This document shows, in pieces, positions 16,211-27,502 of a stretch of 64,000 nucleotides of DNA. This DNA is from Myxococcaceae bacterium. GTDB taxonomy: Bacteria > Myxococcota > UBA727 > JABDBI01. Numbering within the stretch: the first letter of the stretch is position 1; every line of letters starts with the position of its first letter. The stretch is taken from NCBI GenBank assembly GCA_016000045.1, contig JAECQY010000001.1, positions 169,194 through 233,193 of the forward strand. The letters are read 5' to 3'. Made by a program: the position numbers and the translations under genes. Below the pieces are notes generated by a model. The model saw only the letters and a list, made by a program, of their open reading frames with translations, was not told the origin of the DNA and searched no databases.

Positions 16211-17920
16211 TTATTCGCCCGAAACGTTAAATCCCTTTAAAGCATCTCCCAAAGTTCCCATTCCACCCTTGCTGATTTTCGCCACAGAGCTGTTTTGCTG
16301 GGACAAGTAGCTTCGATAATCGAATCCTTTTTCGGCTTTTCGGATGGCTTTCATCGATAAGCCAATTTTGCGATCTTCGGAATCAATATCGATGATCATG
16401 ACCTCGACCTCATCGCCCGGTTTCACGAATTCATGCGGATTTTGGATGTGTTCATCCGAGAATTCCGACACGTGGCAAAGCCCATCGATGCCGGGTTCAA
16501 TCTCGATAAACGCACCGAAATCGGTCACCTTAGAGACCAGGCCCTTCACACGGGCACCGCGAGGATACACGTGCGGAATGCGACCCCAAGGATCTTCGTG
16601 AAGCTGCTTAATTCCCAAAGAGAAGCGTTCATTGTCTACGTCAATATTGAGCACCACCGCTTCGACCTCGTCCCCTTTTTGGAAAACTTCGGATGGATGC
16701 TTCACGCGATGTGTCCAGGAAAGATCGCTGATGTGTACCAAGCCATCGATTCCATCTTCAATGCCGATAAAGATACCGAAGTCGGTGAGATTTCGGATTT
16801 GTCCTCGGATAACAGTTCCAACCGGGTATTTGTTTTCCAACAAGGTCCAAGGGTTGGGTTCGATTTGTTTGATTCCCAGCGAAATGCGCTTGTTGGTTTG
16901 ATCGATATCCAGCACCATCGCGTTCACTTCATCCCCAATGTTCAAGACCTTGGAGGGATGTTTGACGCGTTTGGTCCAGGACATTTCCGAAACGTGGATC
17001 AAGCCCTCAATGCCTGGCTTTAGCTCAACAAATGCCCCGTAATCGGTGAGCGATACGACCTTGCCTTTCACCTGAGTCCCAACCAAGAACTCCTGAGGAG
17101 CTCCCAGCCAAGGATCTTCTTGAATTTGTTTCATCCCCAAAGAGACACGTTCGTGCTCTGGGTCGTACTTGAGTACTTTGACGCGGACTGGGCTTCCTAC
17201 TTGAAAAAGCTCGGATGGATTCTGGATGCGTCCCCAGCTCATATCGGTGACGTGTAGCAAGCCATCAACACCGCCTAAGTCCACAAAGGCGCCGTAATCG
17301 GTCATGTTCTTGATGGTTCCGTCTAAAATGGCGCCTTCTGCCAAGAATTGCAGCGTGCTTCCACGTTTTTCTTCTCGTTCTCGTTCCAACAAAGATCGTC
17401 GGCTAAGAACAATATTGCCGCGCTTCTTGTTGAATTTAATGACTTTGAACTGGAAGCGCTCGCCGATCATCTTGTCCAGATTTCGAATGGGCCGTAAATC
17501 AACTTGGCTTCCGGGCAAGAAGGCTCGCACGCCAATGTCTACCTGAAGGCCGCCTTTGACTCGTCCGGTGACAGTGCCTTCCACGATTTCGTCTCGTTCA
17601 CAGGCGAGTGAAATTTCATCCCAAACCTTCACGCGATCGGCTTTGTCTTTGCTTAAAATGAGGTGACCGGATTCGTCTTCGCGCGACTCCACCATGACGT
17701 CAACTTTGTCTCCAACTTGAATTTGGATTTCGCCGTTAACGGAAGGGAACTCGGAGGCAGCGATCAAGCCTTCGGACTTATAGCCAATGTCTACAGACAC
17801 AAAATCACGGCCCACGGACAGAACGGTGGCCGATACAATTTCGCCTTCTAAGACTTCATCACGGGCATAACTTTCATTCAACAAATCTTCAAACGATAGG
17901 GTTTCTTCTTGGGTTCTCAC
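16211..17920 (-). CDS. rpsA: 30S ribosomal protein S1
   Basis: Six S1 domains; 569 aa. Confidence 0.95.
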   Translation of the reverse strand: MRTQEETLSFEDLLNESYARDEVLEGEIVSATVLSVGRDFVSVDIGYKSEGLIAASEFPSVNGEIQIQVGDKVDVMVESREDESGHLILSKDKADRVKVWDEISLACERDEIVEGTVTGRVKGGLQVDIGVRAFLPGSQVDLRPIRNLDKMIGERFQFKVIKFNKKRGNIVLSRRSLLEREREEKRGSTLQFLAEGAILDGTIKNMTDYGAFVDLGGVDGLLHVTDMSWGRIQNPSELFQVGSPVRVKVLKYDPEHERVSLGMKQIQEDPWLGAPQEFLVGTQVKGKVVSLTDYGAFVELKPGIEGLIHVSEMSWTKRVKHPSKVLNIGDEVNAMVLDIDQTNKRISLGIKQIEPNPWTLLENKYPVGTVIRGQIRNLTDFGIFIGIEDGIDGLVHISDLSWTHRVKHPSEVFQKGDEVEAVVLNIDVDNERFSLGIKQLHEDPWGRIPHVYPRGARVKGLVSKVTDFGAFIEIEPGIDGLCHVSEFSDEHIQNPHEFVKPGDEVEVMIIDIDSEDRKIGLSMKAIRKAEKGFDYRSYLSQQNSSVAKISKGGMGTLGDALKGFNVSGE

Positions 17921-18012
17921 TCAATTTCCTTTAAGATGACCTAACTGAAACGCCTCTTAAAGGAGCGCTCAATTCGTCATGAACGGGTTTCGTACCACGT
18001 TCTTATGCTATT

Positions 18013-18945
18013 ATGAAAACGAAAACAAGACGATTGTTACAGCCGCTTTGGAACGCTTTTGAGCGTTCTTTGGGAGCTGCCCCCGTTCTCTTGTGCGTGA
18101 GTGGAGGGGCAGATTCCAGAGCGCTTTTGGAGTCGATCGCTCTGTGGCCCAAGCGGCACGCTGGGATTGGCGTGATATCGATTGATCATCGCGTTCGTTC
18201 CGAAAGTTTGGCGGAGTCCGAATACATCAAGGCTCGAGCGCGTGCTTTGGGATTTGATGCGGATTGTTTCTCGATTCCACGGACTGAGCGTTTCAACGAA
18301 GCCGTGCTTCGCCAAGAACGCTACAGAGTCATTTGGAAAGAAGCCGAGCGCTTAGGAATCCAATCGATTGCGCTGGCGCATACCCAGGATGATTTGGCCG
18401 AAGGAATGCTGATGGACTTGATGGGCGTTGGAGGGGGCGCAGAGGGCTCAGCGATGCCTGAAATAGCACAACAGGATCGCGGCCGAGTTTTACGCCCTCT
18501 GCTGCGTTTTTCGCGATCTTACCTGATCGCGGTTTTGACGGAGCTGGATCAATTAGACTACTTCGAGGATCCGACCAATGATGAACCTGTTGCAAACCGC
18601 GTAAAAGTTCGGGAATTTTTAAAAATTCATCCTTACCCGTCTAAGCGTTTGGCGAAATTATCTGAGCGTCGACGATTGGAAAACGAAGCTTTGGATCATT
18701 GGGCTTTGGATTTGATCCAGGAGCGCTCGGCCAAGACCGTGACGATTCGCAATGAACCAAGGATTCCGATGGCCGTTCGAATTCGAAGCGTGAAGCGGGC
18801 ACTTCAGCTCCTGATGGAAGGACAAGACTTTCGAAGCAGCCTGCCCGTGATCGAGCAAGCGATTAGCAAAGAAAAAGGACACTTTGATCTACCGGGTGTT
18901 TGCCTTCAACTGAGCCCAGGAACCGTTTTTATCGAGCGCAAATAA
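18013..18945 (+). CDS. tilS: tRNA(Ile)-lysidine synthetase
   Basis: PP-loop motif SGGADS in CVSGGADSRALL. Short-form TilS. Confidence 0.7.
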   Translation: MKTKTRRLLQPLWNAFERSLGAAPVLLCVSGGADSRALLESIALWPKRHAGIGVISIDHRVRSESLAESEYIKARARALGFDADCFSIPRTERFNEAVLRQERYRVIWKEAERLGIQSIALAHTQDDLAEGMLMDLMGVGGGAEGSAMPEIAQQDRGRVLRPLLRFSRSYLIAVLTELDQLDYFEDPTNDEPVANRVKVREFLKIHPYPSKRLAKLSERRRLENEALDHWALDLIQERSAKTVTIRNEPRIPMAVRIRSVKRALQLLMEGQDFRSSLPVIEQAISKEKGHFDLPGVCLQLSPGTVFIERK

Positions 18946-18986
18946 AGTGCTGAAAGAACAGGAAATTGTGTTATAGAAGGGGTCTT

Positions 18987-20342
18987 ATGATGAATCGTTT
19001 GGTAAGCTTGTTTAAGATTCCAGAGCTTCGAGTTCGGATGCTTTACACTTTGGGGATGCTTGCGGTCTATCGGATTGGGATTTTTGTCACCACCCCCGGT
19101 GTTGACCGAACCGCGACCAAAGCCTATCTGCGCGCTCAAGAGTCGAGTGGCGGCGGATTTTTAAGTTTGTTTAACTTTTTTTCGGGCGGTGCGCTTGAAA
19201 ATGCCAGTATTTTTGCCCTAGGAATCATGCCCTACATCACGTCCTCGATTATTATGACCATGATGGCGGTCGTATTGCCTGCGGTTGAGCGCATGCAGAA
19301 AGAGGGGGAGCAGGGTCGTCGAAAAATCAATCAGTACACCCGTTATGGCACGATTTTGATCTCTGTTGTGCAAGGCGTCATGATTGCCCAGTCTTTTAAA
19401 AGCAACGGCGTGGTAAACCCCGATTGGGCCTATGCTTTTGGTGGATTTGGATTTATTTTGATCACCGTCATCACTTTAACGGCTGGAACGGCCTTCATTA
19501 TGTGGGTGGGTGAGCGAATTACGGAGCGAGGGATTGGAAACGGAATCTCACTGATTATTTTCGCTGGGATCGTCGCGCGTTTGCCGCAGGCAATCTATGC
19601 AACCTTTCTAGGGGTTAAGAACCAGACTTACCAGCCTTCTGAAATGTTGTTGCTGGGCTTGGTGATGTTGGCTTCATTGGCTGCGATTGTGTTCATGGAA
19701 AAGGGTCAACGTCGCATACCGATACAGTATGCCAAGCGCGTGGTTGGCAATCGTCAGTATGGAGGGCAAGCCACTCACCTTCCTCTTAAAATTAATGTGG
19801 CAGGTGTGATTCCTCCCATTTTTGCGAATACAGTTTTGATGTTTCCCATGACGGTGGCTTCCTTCTTGCAAACAGGCTGGCTGCAGTCGGTTCAGCAGTG
19901 GCTGATGCCCGGCGGTTGGCACCATGAAACCTTGTTTGTTCTCATGATTATCTTTTTCGCTTACTTTTATACAGCCGTTCAGTTTAATCCGGTGGATGTT
20001 GCCGATAACATGAGAAAATCCGGGGGCTTCATTCCGGGTATTCGCCCCGGCAAGCCAACGTCGGACTTTATTGATTTTGTGCTCAGCCGATTGACCTTCT
20101 CTGGGGCCTTGTATTTATCCGCTGTTTGCATCATGCCGATCGCGACTCAACAACTGACCTCGAATCAAACCCCTTTCTATTTTGGAGGGACTGGTTTGTT
20201 AATTGTCGTGAGCGTTGCTTTGGAAACAGTTCAACAAATCGATGGCCATTTTATCGGCAAGCAATACGAAGGCATGACCGGTGCAGATGTCTCGCAAGGT
20301 CCGGTACGTATCCGGGCGCGTGTCGAAGAGAGCCTTGCGTGA
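18987..20342 (+). CDS. secY: Preprotein translocase subunit SecY
   Basis: The N-terminus FKIPELRVRMLYTLGMLAVYRIG and ten TM segments match SecY. Confidence 0.95.
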   Translation: MMNRLVSLFKIPELRVRMLYTLGMLAVYRIGIFVTTPGVDRTATKAYLRAQESSGGGFLSLFNFFSGGALENASIFALGIMPYITSSIIMTMMAVVLPAVERMQKEGEQGRRKINQYTRYGTILISVVQGVMIAQSFKSNGVVNPDWAYAFGGFGFILITVITLTAGTAFIMWVGERITERGIGNGISLIIFAGIVARLPQAIYATFLGVKNQTYQPSEMLLLGLVMLASLAAIVFMEKGQRRIPIQYAKRVVGNRQYGGQATHLPLKINVAGVIPPIFANTVLMFPMTVASFLQTGWLQSVQQWLMPGGWHHETLFVLMIIFFAYFYTAVQFNPVDVADNMRKSGGFIPGIRPGKPTSDFIDFVLSRLTFSGALYLSAVCIMPIATQQLTSNQTPFYFGGTGLLIVVSVALETVQQIDGHFIGKQYEGMTGADVSQGPVRIRARVEESLA

Positions 20343-20887
20343 GACTGGTTCTATTGGGAGCTCCGGGGTCTGGGAAGGGCACTCAGGCTGCGAAGCTTGT
20401 TCAGCGTTTCGGGCTCCGCCACGTGAGCACAGGCGATATCTTTCGAAAGGCAATTTCGGATCGAAGTTCCCTGGGCTGTGAAGCAAAGCGTTATCTCGAC
20501 GAGGGTTTGCTGGTTCCGGATTCGATTGTTTTGGGAATGATTGGAAGTATTTTGGATGAGCTTTTCAGTACGAGAGGTTTTATTTTAGATGGCTTTCCTC
20601 GAACGGTGGCCCAAGCTGAGCAGCTGGATCACGTCTTAGCGAATCAAAAACAGCCTTTGGACGCGGTCGTGGATTTAAAAGTAGCCGATGAGGTTCTTTT
20701 TAAACGATTGCTGGCTCGAAAGCGCGGGGATGATACGGAAGAAACGATCCGAGTTCGTCTCAAAACCTTTCGTGAACAAACCGAACCCCTTCGACATTAT
20801 TACGCGTTGAGGAATCGTTTAAAAGCAGTCGAGGGTGCTCGATCGGTGGAAGAAGTCTTTGAGTCGATCGTAGAACATCTCTCTTGA
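20339..20887 (+). CDS. adk: Adenylate kinase (short form)
   Basis: P-loop GAPGSGKGTQ. GTG start overlaps the secY stop. Standard secY-adk linkage. Confidence 0.9.
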   Translation: MRLVLLGAPGSGKGTQAAKLVQRFGLRHVSTGDIFRKAISDRSSLGCEAKRYLDEGLLVPDSIVLGMIGSILDELFSTRGFILDGFPRTVAQAEQLDHVLANQKQPLDAVVDLKVADEVLFKRLLARKRGDDTEETIRVRLKTFREQTEPLRHYYALRNRLKAVEGARSVEEVFESIVEHLS

Positions 20888-20924
20888 AACTTGTGCTCAA
20901 CCTGATACCGTGAAGCCTTGCGTT

Positions 20925-21009
20925 GCGAGCGTGGCGGAACTGGTAGACGCGCTGGATTTAGGTTCCAGTGGAGCAATCCGTGGGGGTTCGATTCCCTCCG
21001 CTCGCACCA
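20925..21009 (+). tRNA. tRNA-Leu (anticodon UAG), long variable arm, CCA encoded
   Basis: Acceptor stem GCGAGCG/CGCTCGC. Anticodon loop TTTAGGT. Variable arm and T-arm GGTTCGATTCC. Confidence 0.85.
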
Positions 21010-21010
21010 T

Positions 21011-22159
21011 ATGCATTGTAAATTGGAAGAAGTGTCAACGGTTGTCCGTAAGTTGTCTTTTGTTGTGCCTCAGGAGCGGGTCAATACCTATTTTGATCGA
21101 GCCTCTCAACGTGTGAATCAAAAGGTTCGGGTAAAAGGCTATCGGCCGGGCAAAGCCCCCAAAGCTTTGGTGGAACGATTTTATGGATCAGAAGTTCAGC
21201 AAAGCGCTGTTGAGAAGTTGGTGGCTGATTTTGTTTCTGAAGCGCTTCGTCAAAATTCGATTCGGCCGATTAGCAAGCCAAAAGTGAATGCAGAAAAGCC
21301 CTTGGTGGTGAATGAAGATTTCGCTTTTACGGCTGAAGTTGAGATTATGCCGGAAGTCGTTTTAAATAAATGGGAAGATCTGGAAATTGTGTTGCCGGTT
21401 CGATCTGAAATCGACGATCTGGCGATTGCGGAAGAACTAGAGCGGCTTCGGACACGAGCTGCTACCTTTGAAGCCATTGAAGAGCGTCAGGTCGTGGAAG
21501 CGGGGGATTACGTCGATTTCGTATTCGAAGAAAAGTGCGAAGATCACGATCACTCGGATCATGACCATAAGCCTCAAAAACGTTTTATCCAACTTGGTAC
21601 AAAGCTGTTTTACCCAGAAAAACCCGAATACGAACAGGCTTTGATCGGAGCGACGGTCGGCCAACCGGTCGAAGTTGGGGCGATGAAGATGACGGTTGAA
21701 ATCATCAAACGTTGCCTAAAACCCGAGCTGGATGATGAGTTTGCCAAGGACCTCTCGGAAGAATTTGAGACCTTAGACGATCTCAAGGCCGATGTTCGCG
21801 AAAAGCTGATCGAAAACCGAGCCACTCAATTAGCAAACGACCGTCAAGAATCGGCGATTCATGCCTTAATCGAGCAAAATCCAGTTGAAGTTCCAGAAAG
21901 TCTTGTCTTGGAGCAGGCTCAGCATATGGCCGCGAATAATTTGGCTCGTTTTCCGAAAGAGATGGCTTTGCAGATGTGGAAAATGTATGGAGCTAGCTTG
22001 ATTGAATCTGCCAAGCCTCATGCCGCTCGCTTGCTCAAGGCGAATTTGATCATCGATGAAATCGCAAAAACTCAAGGTTTAGAGCGCGATGAAAAAAATG
22101 CGAACGAATATTTTGAAAAGATAGTCAATTTGGTTTTAGAACGTGCGCGTTTATCTTGA
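21011..22159 (+). CDS. tig: Trigger factor
   Basis: N-terminus EVSTVVRKLSFVVPQERVNTYFD matches trigger factor. The exact start is uncertain. Confidence 0.8.
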   Translation: MHCKLEEVSTVVRKLSFVVPQERVNTYFDRASQRVNQKVRVKGYRPGKAPKALVERFYGSEVQQSAVEKLVADFVSEALRQNSIRPISKPKVNAEKPLVVNEDFAFTAEVEIMPEVVLNKWEDLEIVLPVRSEIDDLAIAEELERLRTRAATFEAIEERQVVEAGDYVDFVFEEKCEDHDHSDHDHKPQKRFIQLGTKLFYPEKPEYEQALIGATVGQPVEVGAMKMTVEIIKRCLKPELDDEFAKDLSEEFETLDDLKADVREKLIENRATQLANDRQESAIHALIEQNPVEVPESLVLEQAQHMAANNLARFPKEMALQMWKMYGASLIESAKPHAARLLKANLIIDEIAKTQGLERDEKNANEYFEKIVNLVLERARLS

Positions 22160-23480
22160 AACCTTTGGCTGTCAAATGAACATCTTGGATAGCGAGCTGA
22201 TCCGCAATCAGCTCTTATCCAGAGGTCATGAGTTTGTTTCCGATTCGGGCCAGGCGAACGTGGTTCTTTACAATACCTGCTCGGTCCGGGATTTGAGCGA
22301 GCAAAAAGTATTGTCTCGACTCGGGGTCTTAAAAGAACGTAAGGACGCCGGCGAAGATCTAACCGTTGGGCTTCTTGGTTGTATGGCGGAGCGGGCTCAT
22401 ACCGATGTTCTGGAACGCAATCCTCATATCGATTTAATGGTCGGCCCCAGTCGATTGGGTGAACTGGCCGGTCTTTTGGAGAAAGTTCGAGCAGAAAAGA
22501 TCGGTCGCGAAATTGCGCTGTCGAATTTTCGATCCCGAAAAGGCAAAAGCATCGAATTTGAAGCGATGGACAGTCTGGAAGCTTTGGATGCTGCTCGGTT
22601 GAGTGGGCTGAAAGCAGAAAAGAGTCAGGCTTATATTCGCATTACGCGGGGTTGCAATAAATTTTGTTCGTTCTGTGTGGTTCCTCGTACCCGAGGTCCT
22701 GAAGTGCATCGAAGCCTCGAGTCCATTTTGGTGGAAGCGAAGCATCTGGTGGATGCTGGTGTGATTGAAATCACGCTGTTGGGTCAAACGATCAATCATT
22801 ATCCGGAATTCGCAAAGCTGCTTCGAGAAATTCACGATCAAAACCCAAACCTAAAGCGGCTTCGTTTCTTAACCAGCCACCCCAGAGATTTTACCGACGA
22901 GGCATTGGATGTCATGGCTTCGTCGGAGCGTATTTGCCAATACCTTCATATTCCTGCGCAATCCGGCAGTGACTCCGTTTTGAAGCGTATGAATCGAGGC
23001 TATACGCGGGCTCAATACATGAATCTCATTGAGCGTGCACGGATTCGAATGCCTCATATCAGCATTGTTGGAGATATGATCGTTGGATTTCCCGGTGAGA
23101 CAGAAGAAGATTTTGAAGCGTCTTTGAGCTTGATTCGCCAAGTCCGTTATCAAAATATTTTCGTCTTTAAATATTCGCCAAGACCTGGGACGGTGGCTGA
23201 TCGCCAAGAAAAGGACGATGTGCCGGTTTTGATTAAAAAAGAACGAAATAATCGAATGCTAGCCGTGCAAAAGGAAGTCGCACTCGAAGATCACCGACGC
23301 GTCATTGGAAAGCGTGTTCGGGTCTTGGTAGAAGGGCCTGCGAAAATCGGTTCTAAGCTTCTGGCTCGAACCGAAGGCGATCAGATTGTTTTGTTTGATG
23401 GACCAGATTCTTTAATTGGTCATTTGGTGGATGTGGAAATCCAAGAGGCTTCGGCTCTCACTCTCATGGGAGCCTTGTAA
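22143..23480 (+). CDS. miaB: Radical-SAM methylthiotransferase, MiaB/RimO family
   Basis: ETFGCQMN N-terminal signature, radical-SAM motif CNKFCSFC, and a C-terminal TRAM-like region. Confidence 0.75.
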   Translation: MRVYLETFGCQMNILDSELIRNQLLSRGHEFVSDSGQANVVLYNTCSVRDLSEQKVLSRLGVLKERKDAGEDLTVGLLGCMAERAHTDVLERNPHIDLMVGPSRLGELAGLLEKVRAEKIGREIALSNFRSRKGKSIEFEAMDSLEALDAARLSGLKAEKSQAYIRITRGCNKFCSFCVVPRTRGPEVHRSLESILVEAKHLVDAGVIEITLLGQTINHYPEFAKLLREIHDQNPNLKRLRFLTSHPRDFTDEALDVMASSERICQYLHIPAQSGSDSVLKRMNRGYTRAQYMNLIERARIRMPHISIVGDMIVGFPGETEEDFEASLSLIRQVRYQNIFVFKYSPRPGTVADRQEKDDVPVLIKKERNNRMLAVQKEVALEDHRRVIGKRVRVLVEGPAKIGSKLLARTEGDQIVLFDGPDSLIGHLVDVEIQEASALTLMGAL

Positions 23481-23481
23481 G

Positions 23482-24522
23482 CTAGTCACGAGAAGTATGG
23501 CTGAGAATGTCGATGGTCTCTTTCAAGCGATAGACAACGGGTTCCGTGCTTAGTTTGGGGATCTTTTTCAATTCCTCTTCCTCAGCGCCCATATCTTTGG
23601 CCTGTTGTTCCGTCAGACCGCAATAAGCCTTGTGCGGAGAATCAACGGAAATTCGAGAGACGATTCCCAAGGGTTTAAGCATTTTGTAGCGATCCTCTCC
23701 CCCTGCAAAGACAACACGGTAGACAGAACGGTTGTCTTTCAAAGCGACTTCAAAAAATCGGGTGAGAAAAGCAGCGACATCGGTTCCAACGAAATCATCC
23801 GATGCGTCGGAAGCAGGATTGTCGTAATCATCCAACAAAACGATTACTTCACGTGAATTCGCTACTTGTCCGTAGTGCCTTTCGAGCAGCCCCGTTAAAA
23901 ACACGAAGTCCATGCCGGCTTGTTCGGCAGAGCGGTTGACCAAATTTTGAGCAATCTCTTGATATTTTTTGCGATCTTCTGTCGGAATTTTAGTGCTGCT
24001 GTCCAGCGCCATCTTGAAGTTCCTGAACAAATCGTGGATCTTGCCAGAAAAACTAAGCTGAAAACCTGCAAAAGAAGCGCGATCGATATTCCTGAACGAT
24101 AGATCAATGACGGGATGCTTGCCAAACTCTCGTCCCGGGTCATGCTGCTCCGCCCCTACATTCAAAGAAGCAAACAGAACCTTTTTATCTCGAGAGTTTT
24201 CAGGATCGTAATAGGCTTTGAGCATGCTCAACATCGCGGTTTTGCCCGATTGAGAAGGGCAGGAGATGAGCATAAACGCGCTTCGGCTTTTATCGATGGT
24301 TGAAACGAGTCCCGAACGATCGGAAAAAGCGCCTTCCCGAATCAGGGATTCAAAACGGCTCTTTCCCCACACAGGTTTAACAAAACCCGTGCTTGCAATC
24401 GCAGACGGTGCGAGTGCAAACCAAAACGCTATCGTCGAAAAGCTAGGTGCATACATTTGTAAAAACCATTCCAAAAAATAGATCTCATTCCAAGATTTCG
24501 AACCCGAATGTATCATGCGCAA
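23482..24522 (-). CDS. AAA-ATPase-like family (PF09820-like) protein, N-terminal domain only; signal-peptide-like N-terminus
   Basis: Motifs IDKSRSAFMLISCPSQSGKTAMLSMLKAYY and VIVLLDDYDNP. Probable start is MYAPSFSTIAFWFALAPSAIAS, near 24456. Confidence 0.5.
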   Translation of the reverse strand: MRMIHSGSKSWNEIYFLEWFLQMYAPSFSTIAFWFALAPSAIASTGFVKPVWGKSRFESLIREGAFSDRSGLVSTIDKSRSAFMLISCPSQSGKTAMLSMLKAYYDPENSRDKKVLFASLNVGAEQHDPGREFGKHPVIDLSFRNIDRASFAGFQLSFSGKIHDLFRNFKMALDSSTKIPTEDRKKYQEIAQNLVNRSAEQAGMDFVFLTGLLERHYGQVANSREVIVLLDDYDNPASDASDDFVGTDVAAFLTRFFEVALKDNRSVYRVVFAGGEDRYKMLKPLGIVSRISVDSPHKAYCGLTEQQAKDMGAEEEELKKIPKLSTEPVVYRLKETIDILSHTSRD

Positions 24523-24558
24523 GAATCAGGTGCAACAAAAAAGGATCGCCGCAGAGGG

Positions 24559-26661
24559 TCACAGATCGGCATTTTTCCTGCTTTCAGAGCCGCACAATGA
24601 AAAAGAAATTGCCCTCATAGAAATGTATGGCATATCCAATGGCTTAAAATGAATTTGAGAGATTAATGGATGATTCTGGCAGGCATTGAGTGTGACATAA
24701 GATTCGGGATTGTAACGCAAATACTTTTCAAACTGAATCAGATTCGAAAACTTTTCTGGCTTCGAAATATCAACACTATCGGTCTGGGTGACACAGTGAA
24801 TGATGATCCCGCCTGTCAGCCCAGCCACCGTAGCGATTAACTTCGAGTAGGCCAGCATAAATGGGCTTAACTTTTCCTTATTCCATTGAAGGATTCCTTC
24901 GAATACAGCCACTGCAGCGGCTGCGATGACCGTCTTGCCCGCTACATTCACGGTGTCCATCGACGGAATCGAGAAACAAGAGGGCTGCATCGAATCAATT
25001 CGCAATCTTTTGCTGTTCCCGGAACGACCCTGGCCGCCTAAGAATTCAAAGTCATCTCTTCCAAGGTTTTCCCGTGCAAGGAGAGCTTCTTGCTCAGGGA
25101 AACGTTTGGCTACCAGATCGTAGACGGCTTTGTTTTTGGCAAGGCTAGCAATATGGAGCCAGTTAAAGTTCCAACGGCCGTCAAATTTGGGAGCGTCTAT
25201 TTTCAATAGAAGCGATTGTAATTCATCCACTTTCTCTTCAGCGATCAAGGAAAAAACGAGCTCAATTTCTCGGATGATGCGTTCGCTGCCGAGATTTTTG
25301 GATTCCAGCCAGCGTCTGAAAAAGTTTGTGAAGGCCGTATGCACTTCCCGGTTTGGAATTTTCAGTGCCGGTAATTGGGTTTCGGAAGGATCTGGAATCT
25401 CGGATGAGGTTTCGAAGGTCAGATACCCTGTGTAAAATAGCAATGACCAGAGTGCTTCGTCCGATTGTTCGATATCCGCTAAGAGTAAATTTGTTCGAAT
25501 TGGCTTAAAGACCGCGTTGCCGGCTCGAAGTGTTTCCAGTTCATTTTGAATGGATTCGCTCAAAATAGCTCGATCAATCATATCGGTACTTCCGGTGTCT
25601 ACCCAGTAAGGCTCTAGCCTGCCCTCGGCCAAAAAGTTGGCAATCGACCAAGGGTTGTAAAGTTTTACACGATTGATTTGATAGCCATTGTACCACTCTC
25701 TGACTTCGTCCAAACGATTCTCTAAACCAGCTTGTTTGAGCAGCTTCTGCGTTTCCGGTTCTGTAAATCCGTAATGAGTGGCATAGCGTCCATTAATAAG
25801 ATTGGCTTCGACGAAGTTGTTGATACCCGAGAAAAGATTTGCTTTGGCAAAACGGAGAATGCCTGTGAAAACCCCTTGCTCCAGGTGAGGGTTATCTTTT
25901 AGCGCTGGGCCTAGAATATCTCTCATGAACTCCAGGGCTTCTTCCGCGTAGTGCTTGTGGAACGCATGGTTGATCGGCGTATCGTACTCATCCACCAAAA
26001 TGATGACCTTCTTTCCCGTGTGAGCATGAAGAAACTGGCTCAGAACCAGCAGAGAGTCCGATGCGTCGATGGAGCGAATGATATTTTGGTCGTAAACCCC
26101 GGTCGCGCACTGGCTGAATGTTTTGAGCAAAGCGGCATACTGTTCTGCTCGCAGCCCGTGATTGTTAAGAGCCGGACTTTCCATTAAGTAAGAGTGCCTA
26201 GCGTATTCGTGATACAAGGTTCGAATCAGCTTGTACTTCATTTGAAAGAAATCTTCTCCGCGGATATCTTTGAGTGTCATGAAGATAACCGGGTATTTTC
26301 CTTGATACTTATCGACAAATGTCAGCTTCGTGCCTGGGACCATCCGTGAGCCAATGGTGAGTTCACTAAACAGTTGCCTGTAAAGATTGGTGGATAAGGC
26401 ATTTCCATTTCGATCCACACCGATTTCAAAGAAATACTTCAGCATGCTCAGGTTGGTTGTTTTTCCCCATCTTCGAGGACGTGTGATCAGAGTCACCAGT
26501 TGGTTTGACTTGATCAAATCTTCGATGAATAGGGTTTTATCGATTGGAGCGACACTTCCGGAGTGCAGGGCGATAAAGTCGCCGCTGCCAGTAACCGGCG
26601 CTTCGGCCAATGTGGTGAGTCCAAAAAACGCGAAAATGAGTGAACACAGTAGCTTTGTCAT
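24559..26661 (-). CDS. AAA-ATPase-like family protein with C-terminal extension; predicted signal peptide
   Basis: Motifs [11 protein letters not shown]...[21 protein letters not shown] and [13 protein letters not shown]. Signal peptide [21 protein letters not shown]. There is a ~200-aa C-terminal region of unknown function. Confidence 0.55.
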   Translation of the reverse strand: MTKLLCSLIFAFFGLTTLAEAPVTGSGDFIALHSGSVAPIDKTLFIEDLIKSNQLVTLITRPRRWGKTTNLSMLKYFFEIGVDRNGNALSTNLYRQLFSELTIGSRMVPGTKLTFVDKYQGKYPVIFMTLKDIRGEDFFQMKYKLIRTLYHEYARHSYLMESPALNNHGLRAEQYAALLKTFSQCATGVYDQNIIRSIDASDSLLVLSQFLHAHTGKKVIILVDEYDTPINHAFHKHYAEEALEFMRDILGPALKDNPHLEQGVFTGILRFAKANLFSGINNFVEANLINGRYATHYGFTEPETQKLLKQAGLENRLDEVREWYNGYQINRVKLYNPWSIANFLAEGRLEPYWVDTGSTDMIDRAILSESIQNELETLRAGNAVFKPIRTNLLLADIEQSDEALWSLLFYTGYLTFETSSEIPDPSETQLPALKIPNREVHTAFTNFFRRWLESKNLGSERIIREIELVFSLIAEEKVDELQSLLLKIDAPKFDGRWNFNWLHIASLAKNKAVYDLVAKRFPEQEALLARENLGRDDFEFLGGQGRSGNSKRLRIDSMQPSCFSIPSMDTVNVAGKTVIAAAAVAVFEGILQWNKEKLSPFMLAYSKLIATVAGLTGGIIIHCVTQTDSVDISKPEKFSNLIQFEKYLRYNPESYVTLNACQNHPLISQIHFKPLDMPYISMRAISFSLCGSESRKNADL

Positions 26662-26769
26662 ACAGTTATCCAGCGATTCGATAGTGATTGCGCTCGATAT
26701 AGCCTGCAAGCACGGATAGCACAAGAAGATCATATTGCCAGATCCCTTAAATATTCTATAAACGGTCCA

Positions 26770-27267
26770 ATGACATCCAAGAATAAGAAAGCGCGTATCA
26801 AGACCAATTTGGGAGAACTCGTTCTAGAGTTGTTTGCAGATAAAGCTCCGAAGACGGTTGAGAACTTTGTGAAGCTAGCGGAAGAAGGTTTTTACAACGG
26901 GACAATCTTCCATCGAGTGATTCCCGATTTTATGATTCAGGGCGGTTGCCCAGAAGGCTCTGGCCGAGGAGGTCCAGGTTATCGTTTCGCCGATGAGTTT
27001 CACCCCGAACTTCGACACGATAGCGCTGGAATACTGTCCATGGCGAATGCAGGTCCCAATACCAACGGTTCGCAATTCTTCATCACAGAAGCCGCCACGC
27101 CCTATTTGGATAACCGTCATGCTGTGTTTGGGCGAGTCATTGAAAATCTCGAGTTGGTTTCTCAAATCGCTCGAGTGAAACGCGATCGCCATGACAAGCC
27201 TTTAGAAGACATTGTTGTGCAAGAAATCGCGATCGATTTGACATTGATCGAAAAGCTCGATAAGTGA
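26770..27267 (+). CDS. Peptidyl-prolyl cis-trans isomerase, cyclophilin type
   Basis: Motif [16 protein letters not shown]. Confidence 0.9.
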   Translation: MTSKNKKARIKTNLGELVLELFADKAPKTVENFVKLAEEGFYNGTIFHRVIPDFMIQGGCPEGSGRGGPGYRFADEFHPELRHDSAGILSMANAGPNTNGSQFFITEAATPYLDNRHAVFGRVIENLELVSQIARVKRDRHDKPLEDIVVQEIAIDLTLIEKLDK

Positions 27268-27294
27268 GTCCAGTCTTTTTAAGGAGTTTTTTCC

Positions 27295-27483
27295 ATGGCA
27301 GTCCCTTATGGTCGTAAATCCAGAACCCGCAGCCGCATCCAACGCGCGGCAAACATGCGCTATACAGCCAAAGGCCATAGCGTCTGCTCTCATTGCGGTG
27401 AGCCCAAACTAGCGCATCACATTTGCAACAAATGCGGTCAGTACGCAGGCCGACAAGTTTTTGAAATTCAAACCGAAAACTAA
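27295..27483 (+). CDS. rpmF: 50S ribosomal protein L32
   Basis: MAVPYGRKSRTRSRIQRA...CSHCGEPKLAHHICNKCGQY: zinc ribbon. Confidence 0.8.
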   Translation: MAVPYGRKSRTRSRIQRAANMRYTAKGHSVCSHCGEPKLAHHICNKCGQYAGRQVFEIQTEN

Positions 27484-27502
27484 GATCTAAGCCAAAAACA
27501 AA

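Noticed and set aside
16433-17023. 196-aa plus-strand ORF
   Set aside because: Antisense to rpsA.
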